The notes beneath the pieces were generated by a model that was given only the letters and a program-made list of their open reading frames with translations, was not told the origin of the DNA and did not search any database. Source: Raillietiella orientalis (taxonomy: Eukaryota). From it: a stretch of DNA of 64,000 nucleotides. The position numbers and the translations under genes were made by a program. Where the stretch lies: contig JAYWIR010000009.1 in assembly GCA_036172245.1 (NCBI GenBank), forward strand, positions 806,001 to 870,000, written 5' to 3'. The stretch's first letter is position 1, and every line of letters starts with the position of its first letter. Below, one piece after another: positions 1-13,000 of the stretch.

Positions 1-3000
1 TGCGCCAACGCCGAGATCTCCTCCAATTAGTTGGTCGTGTTCCTCCATGCGGCCCGAGTTTACGGAAACGAGGCCTCGTTACTCGCCGAAATTAAGGAAC
101 AGTTATCGGCAAAGAACAATTAAGAAACAATCATTCGCCGGTTAAGCGGCTGAGGAGCGATCATTCCCGGATTCTGGGAAACCTTCGATGGGTCCTCGCA
201 GCTGGTGCGCAAACAGCAGCGGATGAACGCCGCGGGAATCGATACGGGGGACCGCTCCTGCGGCCCGCCCGGCCACCCGCCCCTTTCGATCGCCTCTCGC
301 TGCACCCGCCGCCACCCGCCGCAGAATTGGTTCGCCAAAGACAAAAAACAAGAGGTCGGATTTATGGCTGGCGTGACCGCGATGCCGTTTCCACGAGATG
401 TTCCGGCTCTCAAGATAACGCGGGATGCGGATCGTTTGTCATCCTTCGAAGATGAAGGCATTCCATCTTTGTTTATTTTCCCTTATGGCTCCTGAAACTC
501 AAGAGCGCATTAACTTGTCTTCGGCGAGAGCACGCAGCCTTTCATATTTCTTCTCGGAACAAAGTTCATCGCCTCCGAAGCTTCATCAATCAGATGGAAG
601 CGGAGCGTCAGTAACAATGGTGCTTTGCTGATGAAAGTGCGATCCGCAGCTTCCAAGGTATCTGCCTAGGAACCCCGTCGTTGCACAGGGAGCGGCCGGA
701 TCCACTCGAGAGATGAACGTAATAAGATCAAAGGATATGAGATGACTCGAGGTGGTTGCCCTGGGCTGGCTGAGATGTATCTTCCCGGGACGAGGAAGGT
801 TCCATCAGGAGGCTGCCATCAAGTGGCGGCGGGGGAGCTCCACTTGAGCTCTTCGTTCGCTGCAGTTTACCTCTCGGCTCGTCAGCAAAACAGCCTCTGC
901 GAAACGAACCGCTGTCCACGACCGAACAGGATCGGGGAGGGACCAGTCGGGACCCCACGGACGCTTCCTCTTGGACACCGTCCGTGCGATCGCTTGGCGG
1001 TGCTGCATCGAACCGCTTCACTCTTCGCGCACGCAGATGGCTTCTCTTCCCAGCGAGGATCCGGTGAGTCGTCGTGACTTGCTGGGTCCAACCCTCTGCG
1101 ACGCCGAAGAAACAGGATGAAATAAACGAAGAGTGCTGAGGCTGCTGATGCATGCGAGATGATCCTCGGTACTGCGAGCACCGTGAAGCGTGCACGCCCT
1201 CCTTCCCTCGTCCAGCCAGATTTCGGAACCGATCTCGGCTCTTCTGCGGACGGGAGTCATTGATCTCTTGGTCCCCTCTCCCCAGCGTGCTGGCTGTTTT
1301 CATTTGATTTTTCTTGTTGCCTGCATGCCGTCAGCGAGGAAAATGGTGGCTGCGCAAATTTTCGAAAAGCCTTGCGCCTCAGCCACCTTGCCACTCTCGG
1401 ATGCTGCTTGTTCCACCAGGAACGAGGGGCAGAAGAGAATCCCGGTATCACTGACGTGGGGAATCATTTGCTCTGGAAAAATGGAGAGGGGGAGGGAGAG
1501 CTAGCTCGTTGCCCTTCTCAGGGATACATGCTGGGCTTTGTAGGCTGCTCTGGAAACCGTCCTCTGCTGCAAAAAGCATCTCATCCTGCAGAGAGCGGCA
1601 GCGCGAATTATTTCATCGGATCAAATTGATCGCGACGCAGATTGATTTCCTCCGCGCTCTTCTTTATTGCATTTGCATTCCTCGACGCTGTTCCGATCGA
1701 TGAAATTGGGTCATCCGCCGTCGATTCCGGGAAAACGCGGCGTTCTCCTCCCCTTACAAATTGCCAATTTTTAAACCGGGGTCATCGATAACTGTCACTG
1801 CACCGGTGCACAACGGATTCAGTTGATGATGATACGCATGCATATCCCGGATGGCTTGCAATTCCTCCAGTAGTCCCAGGAGGTTACCATGGCCACCACC
1901 GAAACGCTGCCTTGCTATTTTTATCAATCATCCATTGTTGAGTGCCTGTAATGCTTTCCGCCACCTGCTCTGCTCCTCCGTGACGTCAAACGCGCGCAAA
2001 CTCAAGGCACTCTTGGAAGTCCGCGTTCGTTCCTGAGGATGGAGGGTCATCGCCGGGGAGCAGAATCTTCGCGGGGCAGAGGCACCCGCGATGTCTGCCG
2101 AATAAGCATAGCCTCCAGGGAGCTGCAGGAAAACTCGTCGAGGAGTTGCTGCTCCTCGAGTTCCGGCAGCTTCTCCTGGGGTAAACAGGGAGGCGCAGCC
2201 CGGGCAGGGCGAACAGGGGGACCAGGAGCGCCTCGTTCCTGTCTTCCCCTCACCTTCTCCCTTTCCTTTTCCCCGTCCAGATGCTCCCTATATCTCCGTC
2301 GTCGGTCTGTGTGCGGATTGCTTGCATCTTCGGGTTCGGAGGAGGGAGGGCGGCGGAAGCCTGAGCTGCATCCTTAGGAGATCGATGCTTCCCGCCGTCC
2401 CCCTCCCGTCGGGAGAAGGGAGCGGGACGATCATCCCGGGTTCTCCATTGGCGAGGGAGACGCCGCCATCCAAGGGAATGGTGCAGGCTGCAGACGAAGC
2501 TGCTCCGAGACCCCGTGGAGCTTTCCCAGAGGAAGAGCTGAAGGAGGCTCCCCTATTCCGGAAGCGGAGGCTGGAACTCAGGGCTGCCACCACCACGCGC
2601 GCCGATCTGACCGGGTTTCAGACGTCGGTCCGGCTCGATGCGCCCTTCCCACCATCCGGAACGGCGAGACGGTCGTTGCTCGGGAGGAAGGGGTGTCCTC
2701 CATACCTCCGTGCCAAAATGGGCGTTGCCTGGAAGAAGGCGGCGGTGAACCTTCCGGAGTCCCGCTCGGGAGAACGCGAGGAGTGTGGCAGCTCGAGCAG
2801 CGAGTGCCCCTCTTCGCGTTCCGGGAGTGAGCCAACCACCACCCGCGCGGCGCTCGCCGCAGTGCTCCGGACGCAGAGAGGAGGAGGAGGGACACCGTCG
2901 GAGGCACCCTCCTGGAGGCATTGAGAAACCCAGCAGCCAGCGCTTCGCTGCCGCGAATCCCGTGGAAGATACGGGAACTCATTCCTCGTTCCTGCGTCTT

Positions 3001-6000
3001 CCTCCTCCCCTTCCCCAGGCGAGAGAGTGACTCGTGACCTTCGTCGCCGGGAAGCTGAGGAACGGAACGACGGAGGTCTTTCCTTTTCACACCGCCTGGA
3101 GTGGGGAAAGCGCAGCTCTACTTCTGTTTCGAAGAGGAAGAGAGAACCGTTGAAATGGCGATGGCCATCAGAGCGAGGACCGATGGAGGGGAGGAAGGAA
3201 GGAAGGTGGTAGCACAAGAGCCAGCAAAAGGGCCGATGGGCGGGCATAGGGTGCTGGACTCCCTACGAGGACGGACGTTCCTCTGCGCATCCATCGGAGG
3301 TCTCAATCCAGGTGTCCCGCGTCGCCGGGGTTCTCCAGGGACACGGACGCGATCGGCCCTGACAAATGAGCCAATCCCGTTGAAAAATCACCTTCTCCCG
3401 GTATTCCTCCCCCTGCTCCTGGAGTCCGCTCGCTTCCTGTTCCGTGAAGGATCGTCTTACTCGGAGCGCTCTGCTGACCGGACCCGGAGCGGCAGTCGCT
3501 GGTGCGAGGGCGCGCCCGAGGCATGCGGCTTTCCCAGCGGAGCAGCAGGGTTCGCGGCGACCGCAGAGCCGCCGTCTCCCCTGAAACAGCGGCGACCGGG
3601 GGCAAGGGCTAGATCCCGACCCTCCACTCCCGGAAGTCTCTTACCACCGCTCTTTTTTCGACAAGAGCATGGAAGGGAAGCGGGAAGAGCGAGTGGGCGC
3701 AGGGTCCGCGTCCCTGCCGATGCACGCATCTCTCCCCACGCCTTTCAGGATCGGCGACACTCTCTCTCGGGGCATTCCAAGATGGCGGACGGGGGCGGAG
3801 GGATGAACAGAGCCAAGGGCCGCAACCATGGAAACGCCCTTTCTTGCTCTTTCTCCCCAGAAAAGGGGATCATGACTCGTGGAAAGGCTCCAGAGAGTGC
3901 ATCGCAGGTCTCTGGCCTCCTGGAAAAGGTTGCGGCTGGACCTACGGCGCCTCCATATTCCGTGCAATTTTGTGCCTACGTTTCCAGGAAATGCGTCTGC
4001 CAGAAAGCTGCGGTCCCGGGCGCTTCACCACTTCCCCGCGCGATCCCGAAGCTCCGGGACCAGCCCCTCGCTGCTTGCCCGGTGCCCTGTCCGCTACGGG
4101 CCGGCGCGAATCCAAAGAAAGGGGTCGGCTCGTCCTCCTGCCTTTCGCAGAGACGAACGCCGTCCCAAAGGGCCCCGGATAAGCCGCAGCCCTCTCGGGG
4201 CCCGCGTGAGCGGACGGCGGGGCCACCCGTCTTCCGCAGCTGCCCCTCCCCCCTCGCCTCTACTCTCGGCGCTGGTGTCTTCATGCAGCCGCTGCCGCCA
4301 CCTCCGAGCTGCAGCGATGACGGCGAGGGATTCTATTTTTAGCATTCCTTCTGGGCGGAGTGGGCGACCTCGGAGGGAAGGGACTGAGACCGTCACCAGG
4401 CGGCTAGACCCGCGTCAGGCACCAACGGAGGCCTCTCGTGGGGCAAGAGTAAACCCCTGCTCGAAAGAGCGGGCCAGCCGCCCTGCCTCTTCCTATCCCC
4501 CCATTCCAGGAGGTGGCGATCCCTCCTCCAAGGTGCCCCTCCTAAGCGCCCGCCAGCGGGAGCAACTCAGCCGATCTGGCCGGGTTGGGCCGCTTTGGCC
4601 CTCCGCGCGAAGTCGGTGGTCCCGCGGCCCTCTCCCTCTCCGAGGCGAGAGTCTCACGAAGGTCACTTGCTCCAGTATTCTGTACGAAGGGTCGTTGAGG
4701 GGTGGTCAGGCAACGACCTTCATGACCTCCGTCCCGGCGGCGGCAGACAAGCCCGATCACGGCGCGCCAGTTCCCCTTTCTCATAGGAAGACCTACGGTC
4801 CTCCAGCCGGCTTGGGGCCCAACCACTCCGCTCAAGTGCTGCCCTCCCGCGACTGCGCATTGTCCCCGCCGATCGCTCTTCGGCTGCTGAGGACGCCGTG
4901 AGCCATTCCGGCTTCCAGGGAGCGACTCTCTCCGTACCTTGCCGCACACCCGTCCACACGCCGCCAACCTCTCGGCCACCGGCATCGCCCACTCGTCCCT
5001 GCACTTGCTCCTGGGACCGCGTCTTCCGTCCCGGGGAGAGTGAGTGGCTCACTTACCGCAGCCTCAGTAGCGCCCATCCACTCTGGCGGTCCGTCTGAGG
5101 TCTACGAATCTCCCCCCTTCCCCGCTCATGCGAAAGCGGGCCGTGTCCTCAGTCCTTAGCGTTTCCAACAGAGCCACTAGTCCGCCCTTCGAGTTGCTCC
5201 AGGCCCCAGGGGGCATTCGGAGGGGGGGGGGATGCTCGACCTGTGGGCTCCCTGCTCCTTGTGCGCCGCCTTCCGAGAGCCCAAAGACGACGAGAGCCTT
5301 GAGGATGCCTTGAGGTGCTGACTGATTCCTCGCCCCAGAGACCTCCCCTCAGCTGAGAGGGCAGCGGTAACTCGTCCTCCTTCGCTCTGCTTGACCGAGT
5401 CGGGGGCAAAAGCAGGAGGCGCGTCGTCCTCTAGGGGACTCTGTGTCAATCAGGTCTCGGCCACCAGAGGCGGGGCTCTCTTCCAACTGCTGCTGCCTCC
5501 CCCTCAGACGCAACGAGGCAGGCGAAAGCCAAGCCCGCTCTCGCCCCCTCCGTCCTTTGGCGCTCCACCGCCACTCTGCGTCCCGCGAGAGGCGTAAAAC
5601 CTCTCTCTGCCTTCTGGGAAACCTCCAAAGCGGAGCCAAGGAGACGGGGGAAACGGGGAAACCATGGCGACCTTTTTGGTTGCAGCGTTTCGTCTCCTCT
5701 GGGCCGCTGCATCAGAAGCGAAACCGGGTGGGTGGGGTGGGGGGTGGGAGGCTCAGCGGAAAGCTCGCCGATTGGCGCGCCAGCCGGCGAGCCGCCCTCC
5801 CTGCGCCCCCTTCGAATAAACAACAACTTTTCTTCGTTCCTTCGCTTTAATCCGGGAGCACGAGATTCGTCCGTGTCACCCGTGACCGTGCAGGCAAAAC
5901 TCGTCGGACCGGCTGACAAATCAGAGGAGCGACGGAAAAGTCAAACAAACGAAGCGGGCAAACACCGCCCTCGCGAGAAAGACGAACAGAGAGCGAGGGA

Positions 6001-6035
6001 GGAATCGCTGGAAACTCCCCCTCCCAGCCGGGACT

Positions 6036-6142
6036 TCCCTCCCCGGGTGAAAGGTGCGCTCGCCCGATTGTTGCTGCTCGCCGCGCTGGCAGACCGCGGG
6101 CCCTCCCTCCCCGTGCGAAAGGTGCGCTCGCCCGATTGTTGC
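6036..6142 (+). repeat. Short direct repeat with 68-bp period
   Basis: GAAAGGTGCGCTCGCCCGATTGTTGC is exact at 6049-6074 and 6117-6142, each preceded by TCCCTCCCCG. Confidence 0.85.
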
Positions 6143-9100
6143 CTGCACTCCGCTCCGGCGCGTCTCACCGGAGCCGCTAGAGAGCAGCAGCGGCGCATCG
6201 CTCGCTCGCGTCCTCCTCGCCGCCGCCGAGGGGTTGGGCTCCCCGCCGCCGAGGGGCGTACCCGCTCTCAGGGCGTGGAGTCGCTCGCGCTGCTCTCCAT
6301 CCTCTCCTGCCCACCTTCCAGGATCAGCGAGCGATTCCGATCTCTCCCTCCAGCTCCTTCCCTCCAGCGAAATCTCCATACGCGAGTCGGGCCCCGCGTA
6401 CCCCTCTGGAACGACGGAAACAACGCACATTATTTTTATCGCCGGCTCCCCCGCGGAACGCTCTCCGGGCAAGAGAATGGTTTAGTGCTATGAAATGGTC
6501 ATCTATTCGAATAATCGCGCTTTTTCTCGAAAGTCGATTAGCAATCATCGCTCCTGAGGACGGTGCGTCGGGAGAGGGAGAAGAGCGGCTCGTGGTTGCA
6601 TCCGAGGAAGGGAGGGGAGAGTAGGAGAGGCGAGAAGGAGAAACTCCCCCGTAGATCTCCACTTACGGGCTGTTCGAGGCGCGCTCGCTCGCACGTTCCG
6701 AGCGCAGGGTGGCCGTGATGGCTGACGTCCGTGCTCGGGGTGGGCCCGCGCGGGCAGGCAGAGCAAGGAAGGAAGCGGCAGGGGAAGCGAGAAACAAAAG
6801 GGAGGGGGAGGGTCTACGGGGGCTGAGGATGGTCGGAGGCGTGTGCTTGTGGGCGTTCCTCCCCTCCTCCCCTAGTTGGAGGGACCCTCCCCCTCACGGG
6901 AAGACGGGGAGAGAACTCCAGCTCGTCTCCGACGACGAGGAAGAAAGCACGTTATGCAGCACCGGTGCTTCCGCGAGGAAGGCTGCCGGAGCGGATGGGA
7001 TGGAAAGGGAGGATGGACCTTCGCCTCCTGGAGCCCTGTCAGCGTCGTCGGGAGCACGGGTGGATGAGGAGAGCCATTTTCGGGAAAACAGCGGGCATCG
7101 ACAGCGAATCCCCACTCCCCTTGCTCTTCTGTCCGAACATTACTTTCCACAGACCCTCGCTCGAGCTCCTACCCCCCTAGCCCTACTTCATTACCCCCTA
7201 TTCTCACTTCTTTCGGTTCCCCGCGTGGGAATTCGCCCCGCTCCCACTGGCAACCGAAGGGAAAAGGGGAAAGAGTGGTTTCCCGGGGCAACGGAAAACT
7301 GCCTTCCCTTGGAGGCGAGATTTCGTCTCAGCCGGGAGTGTGCAGACGGGAAGGAATCCCTCTGTCTTCCAAGAAGAAGTGCGCGAGTGCCCTTCCCGTG
7401 AAACGGCGCGAGGGAGGCTCCCGCGATCGCGAGAAAAAGCGGCGCACCGAGAGGGGCGCGTTTCCGCGGCAACGGGCGATGCCGTCGCACCGAAGCCAAC
7501 AATGGGCTGCCGAGGGTCACATGATCGCAAGGGCCTTGGAAAGGCAAAGCAGATCGGACCGTCCACCTGTCAGCCAGGAGCAAAGCGCGCCCGCTGGCCT
7601 CTTGGAGAGCCTTGCCAGAAAAAGCGCCACCACGCGAATGGGAGTGGTGCTGCGCTTTCCAGCGTCCACCCCGACCAAAGCATCGGCAGCTGCGCGGCGG
7701 ACTGCAGAGTCGAATTTCCTCTGTGAACACAGCTGCTCCTCCGAAGACCGGGCCATTGCCCCCTCTCCCCCACCTCCCCCGCGTCGGCTTCCTCCGAGAC
7801 GAGCGTGCCGCCGCCGTGCCGCTGACGTGCTCGCGTTCCCTGGCGCCAAGAGGCCAGCGCGAAGTCTGAGAGAACGAGGGCGTCGCTCTCCCCCTCAGTT
7901 GGTAGGTGGCACCAGCACAAGGAAGGGAGAAATGGGAGAGAGGGGGAAGGTTGAATCCTATCCGCCCTTTCCTATCCGATGTCTGACCAGTTAGGAAGCA
8001 GCGAAGCTCTGCGGAAGCGGCGCGCGCGCTCCGCCTCCGCTCTTCCCGCGTTCGCGTGTGCGTGGGGGTAGGAGGTGGGTGGAGGTTGGTGGTTTCGTCA
8101 TGCGGAGCGCCACTGCTCGTGGAACTCTGCGTGACGGAAAGGAGGAGGGGAAGGAAGAGAAGAGCTGAGGGTGGGTAAGCGCCTCCTTGCGCTTCGAGCG
8201 GGCGGAGGAGGTGCAACCTAAACGTCTCCTTTCGCCAGGCGCGCGCCCGCAAAGGAAGGAAGCGATGTGGGACCCGCGCGATTCCCGAGCCCCGTGGGCG
8301 CTCCCTCCGTCGAGGAGGAGCCTGCCCCACCATCACAGGCAGAGGTGTTGGGGCGGTGGGCTGCACATCCCCACGGTGGTCGAGCCGCAGGGAAAAAGTT
8401 GAGCATGGTTCTCAGCCACATTCGCTCGTGGCGGGCTTCGGCGGTTGCGTTGCGGCCGGCGACAGCCCCCGAGGCGCCGCAGGGGCACGGAGGTCGCTCG
8501 GACGACCTTCGATGCTCGCGTCCTCTGAGCGCAGCGAGCAGCCGTGGCGACGGGGATTTTGGACTCTCCAGGGAGGGAGTCCTCCCGCCTCCTTCCCTTC
8601 CTCCGGGAGAAGGAGCGCGTGCAGCTGGAGCAAGCGGCAGAAGCAAGGAGCGTGGGAACAGGGGCGGATGGCTTCAAGAGGAGTCAGCAGAGCTGGTGGC
8701 GGGAAGGGACAGAGGCATCCTGGGCAGTCTGCAGGACGGGTGAAGGGTCGGGAAGTGGGGAACCGCATCGCTCCCCCCACGTGAGGTACCGCCCTGAACT
8801 TGCTCCCTCTTCGTACGCCCCATAGGCCGTCAATGACGTCAGAGGGAACAGACCCCTCCTTTGAGCGACAGAGGGAGGGGGGGGGGAGAAGGAGCCCACG
8901 GGGGCGATTCCTCCACTCGGGGGAGAGCTCAGCCGAGGAGGAAGGCCCAGAGGTCCTTTGCGAACCGCCAACCAGGGTGCGTTCCATTCGCTCAGCCATC
9001 CCCTGGGCGAGAGGGCGCCTCTGATTCCTCGCCGGTTTCCCGAGATCAGGCGGGCGACATACTCCCTCCTCCTTTCCGGGCGCTGAAGGAGTGCGAACCC

Positions 9101-9387
9101 TCGGCGTCTCTCCGCGCTGGCCGCCAAGGCTGCTGGAGACCTCGCCAGCACCGCGACGGCTCTCCCGCTGATTCTGCGGGGCATCCGATGCGTGCCCGCT
9201 GTCGGCTGGGAGGTTTTCACTCGTCTCCTCCATAAACCATGCAGTACATGCCTGGATGCGTCTGCGTGCACCGATCGAGTGTCCAGCACGCGCGGAATCG
9301 TAAGAAATGACCGCCTGCCTCAGGCACGCGTGCGCATGAGGGGAACTGGTTACCGTGGGTTCGTTTCCTTCCTCCAGCCCGCCTTCG

Positions 9388-10078
9388 CCAACTCTCTCGC
9401 CGGCGCATGCGGCTGGCGTTGGGCTGTGTGGAGCGGCGGACGTGCCTCCCAGGAGTTCTCTTCCCGACCGTGGCCTGTTCCCAGAGGGTCCACCGCACCG
9501 TCATCGCCGCCGCGGTCATCGTCATCGCGCGTCCCCTTCTGCTTCTCCTCCTCCCCGCTGCGGAACGGACCGTTCGCCTGCCGGAATTCTTCTTCTCGCC
9601 GCCCGTTGTTGGCGGCGCACCGGCGAGTGCTCGTGGGGATCCCGTTGCTACGGACGACTCTCTGTCTCCCTCCCCCAGCCTCCCATCCCCCTCCCCACCA
9701 ATCGCCGCCGCCGCCGCGCAATGTCGCCCCGCCGCATCGGGTCGGCCGCGTCACCGCCACCCTCGTCCGCCCACGCGTTCCCGCGGCTCGCGCCAAGACG
9801 CGACGCGCTTCGAGACGGAAACGCGAATGGAAGCGCGTGATGACGGCGACGGAGGTCGCGGGCAGCTGAGACTGCGTGGGGGTGGGTCCACTGGACAGCC
9901 GTTCCACGGGGCGCGCGCATCCGCCGACCGCCTCCCCCTCTCTCGACTGGTGGTCCGAGACAAGGAAGAGTGCTTGTGCCCAGGGGCCCTTCCGCCGGTG
10001 GCGCTCGGGCATGCGCCGAAAGACGCGCTCCGTCGGTGCGTCTCCCACGCGTGGACCTTGGAAACGACTCGTGCCGAT
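9388..10078 (+). repeat. Unclassified interspersed repeat, copy A (uninterrupted)
   Basis: 9388-9826 is the reverse complement of 27214-27696, and ~9827-10078 is the reverse complement of ~25982-26259. Confidence 0.92.
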
Positions 10079-13000
10079 TTGTTTTGGCACGTCGGAATGC
10101 GTCGTGAGGAAGAACCGAACGTGCGTCGTGAGGTGAAAGCACGTCTCTAGAAGTCGCTGCTTTCCGTTTTGGCCAACTTTCGAGTACTTTGGGGGTTTTC
10201 ACAAGTGATTGACAGCCTGCTTGAAGAGGACTAATAGAGAAACAAAACGTCAGGAGCTGCAGTTAGCATTGCTTTTGCTTAATGGAATTTTACTGCCGAG
10301 TTCTCACCGTTCGCAGATGAAACTGTGGGATTTCTTCAGCTCGCGCGATTTCGACAGTACACGAGGTGTAGACTGAAAAATCGATTTCTAAGGGACGGAA
10401 TGATCGTGAAAATTTTAGAGCTGCGGATCCTCGTAGTGACAACGAACGAGAAAATGAAAGAGGAATCAATTCGTCTGTAAAGGGTTTCGATCCGTGAAAT
10501 GTTTGCACTGCCTCTTGAAACATGAAGCTGTCCTTGCGTACCGTACACATGGGATCTGCGTGCTCCATGTATGGAATTTGCAACACACATACATGTTAGT
10601 ACGTATTATGCTCCACATACGAACACACGAGCGTGCCATCAGGACATCTCTTGCAGTGACGCTCACATACAAATGCTCAGCTCACTGATTGTAAGCAATC
10701 CAAACACCACACGCGCTGCTGTGTGCGTGTGTTGTGCACGAGCGCAGTGTTCAAAAGACACATAAATCTGTGGTACTCTGCACTGCACGTGGTGACAAGC
10801 ACAGTGCGTTGCAGCGTGCATCGGATCAGTGAAAGAAACACACATACAGATATGTCGAATGAAATAATGTGTTTCCTCTTACGCTTCGGACCATCTGAAT
10901 GCATAAATCTTCACTTGATCCCGAAGGCAGATTATTGAGATCCAGTGCATCCTGGAGAAGTCGATTTCATATGTGGCGCACGTGCGAGCGTACACTCGGG
11001 CAGCGTACACGGCAGAGCGAGAAAGCATGCGAATGACTTAGCTAAACAAATAGTGCTTTTCTCCTTGATGGCGTTCTCGAAAAGTCCTGGCACTCAGACA
11101 TGGGATATTGCGTCCCGTGCATTGGGCACTGCCGGACCCTTCGTTAAGAAAGGAAGAACTTCTCAGTACACCACGTGCATCGCATTCCCAAAGAGGAACT
11201 CTGGATGCCCCGGGTGATGATGGCTCGCAGGTGTCGCCTTATGGACCGCCGTGTCTGAGTTCCCATACACACGGCTTACGCTGCCTTCACTGTTGGCGGC
11301 GTTCGTCTGAAAGCAAGGGATTCCTCTCTCGTCCCCAAATAGGGACGAGAGGAAACACCTCTTAATGAACGAACGGAAGAATGCTCAACATTAATCACGA
11401 ACATTGGTGACCATGATTTCAGTTGGCAACGGCGATCTTAACCGAAACCAGTTGGGTAGCATAAATCACAAAAAAGCGATCGGAGGATCCGGGATTCCCA
11501 ACCAGGAGAAGCAGGAAGCTATTTTACGAGCTCGCCTCGCAACTTTGAACCATGGCTAACGAACCGTCAGAGGGTCTCCATTTAGTTCTCGCTCTCTTGA
11601 CAATAGTGCATCTGCAGCTTTCTCTGAGATGTATCTCATCGGAAGACAATTTCTGATCAACTCGAGCTTGCAAGGGGATGCTCGCCGCGACCACTTGCGG
11701 CGTTGTTAGTTTAAGTCTGCAAGCAACAGCGTTTCGAGTGTGCTCATTCCGGCTTTGTTTGCACAAAGGCACTTCAAAACACCAATTACTTTGTGGTCAC
11801 TGAGCACAATAGCTGACGACGCCTGTAGCTCTCCAGGGAGCTGCGTTCCACCCATGCCAAAGTCCAAACTGCCTGACTTGTCTCCCGGAGCCTTTTGCGT
11901 GTATCGCAACTGGAACCACTGCAAAACAGACACACATTCAAGGTATCGAGCGCACCAGTATTGGCCCAGGGAGGGCCAACGTGCTGCCGGTGCTGATCAA
12001 AGTTCACAGCGAAGGTGCTTACTGTAGTATCCATGCTTTCTTAAAGTCGTTCGGTACTCCTGCAACTTTCTGGGGGGAGTCCTCTTGCAATCGAAAATCT
12101 TTTTTCATTCCGGAGAGCCGAAATCACTGCTTCGGCTGACCTGCCACGGGCAGGAGCTACTCAGGTGGTTCAAAAGAATTCCCGAAAGCACGCCTTGCCT
12201 AGCTCTCGTCGCAGACTAGACTTTCTGCACTGCCTGAGACCTACGCAATCCCCATCCCATTCTGCAGTTTCTGAAAACGTGCGACTCAGCTGTCAGAATT
12301 TCCGCCATTTCCAAAAACAGTGGAGAGACGCTGAATTCATTGATCTTGGAATGAAAACGCCCTGTGAAATGCAGTCTTTCACCTAGGCAGCCCGCTGAAT
12401 GGTCAGCTGTTTGAAGTGCTTTTCCCCAAATTCCAGGTCATCTGATTCTCAGACCTATGAATTTCTTTTCCGTTGTCAAAAAATCTTGCAGCAGTGTAAG
12501 CTCGTACCTTCTCGTCTGGACACCCACCTGACACCAGACAGCCCCTGGAATGGTGGTATCATCTTGCAAGGGACTGGCCCTTGTTGAAGTCGAATGTATC
12601 TTTCATGTTTACAGCTGCTGCATCCCACCAGCGCATGAGATCTCATTCGACAAGAGCAAGTTTGTACCCAAAGAGGTAATTTAGATTGTAAACTGCATGT
12701 GACGTGTTAAACTCGAAATTCAGCAGACTTTTGCACGTGCTTGGAACGCGTGTTGATGTCCCCTCATATTGAGGCAGTAATCATATTTCTGCTCTCTGCA
12801 ATATTCTAAAGGGATTCCCTATTTTACGGTACATTTGATGTCTTTACGTTCGGTCCTGTTCTCATTGTTTCCAAAGTAGTGGAAAGTGTTTGACTGCTTC
12901 GACGTTGTTCCATCCAGTTATCCTCAACACCACTATGGCATTCATTCTTTGTGACTCAGTGATATTCAAGGTTCCAGATGTCTCTTGCGATAGCTCGTTT

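Noticed and set aside
3101..8366. Several 230-413-aa ORFs on both strands (likewise 42805-44175, 60042-61418 and 61268-62272)
   Set aside because: They overlap in multiple frames, have composition typical of translated GC-rich non-coding DNA, and show no recognisable motifs.
10119..10150. Helitron-like 3' end (ACGTGC..GCACGT stem followed by CTAG)
   Set aside because: The stem is short with a long loop, the spacing is atypical, the next base is A rather than T, and it is not shared with repeat copy B.
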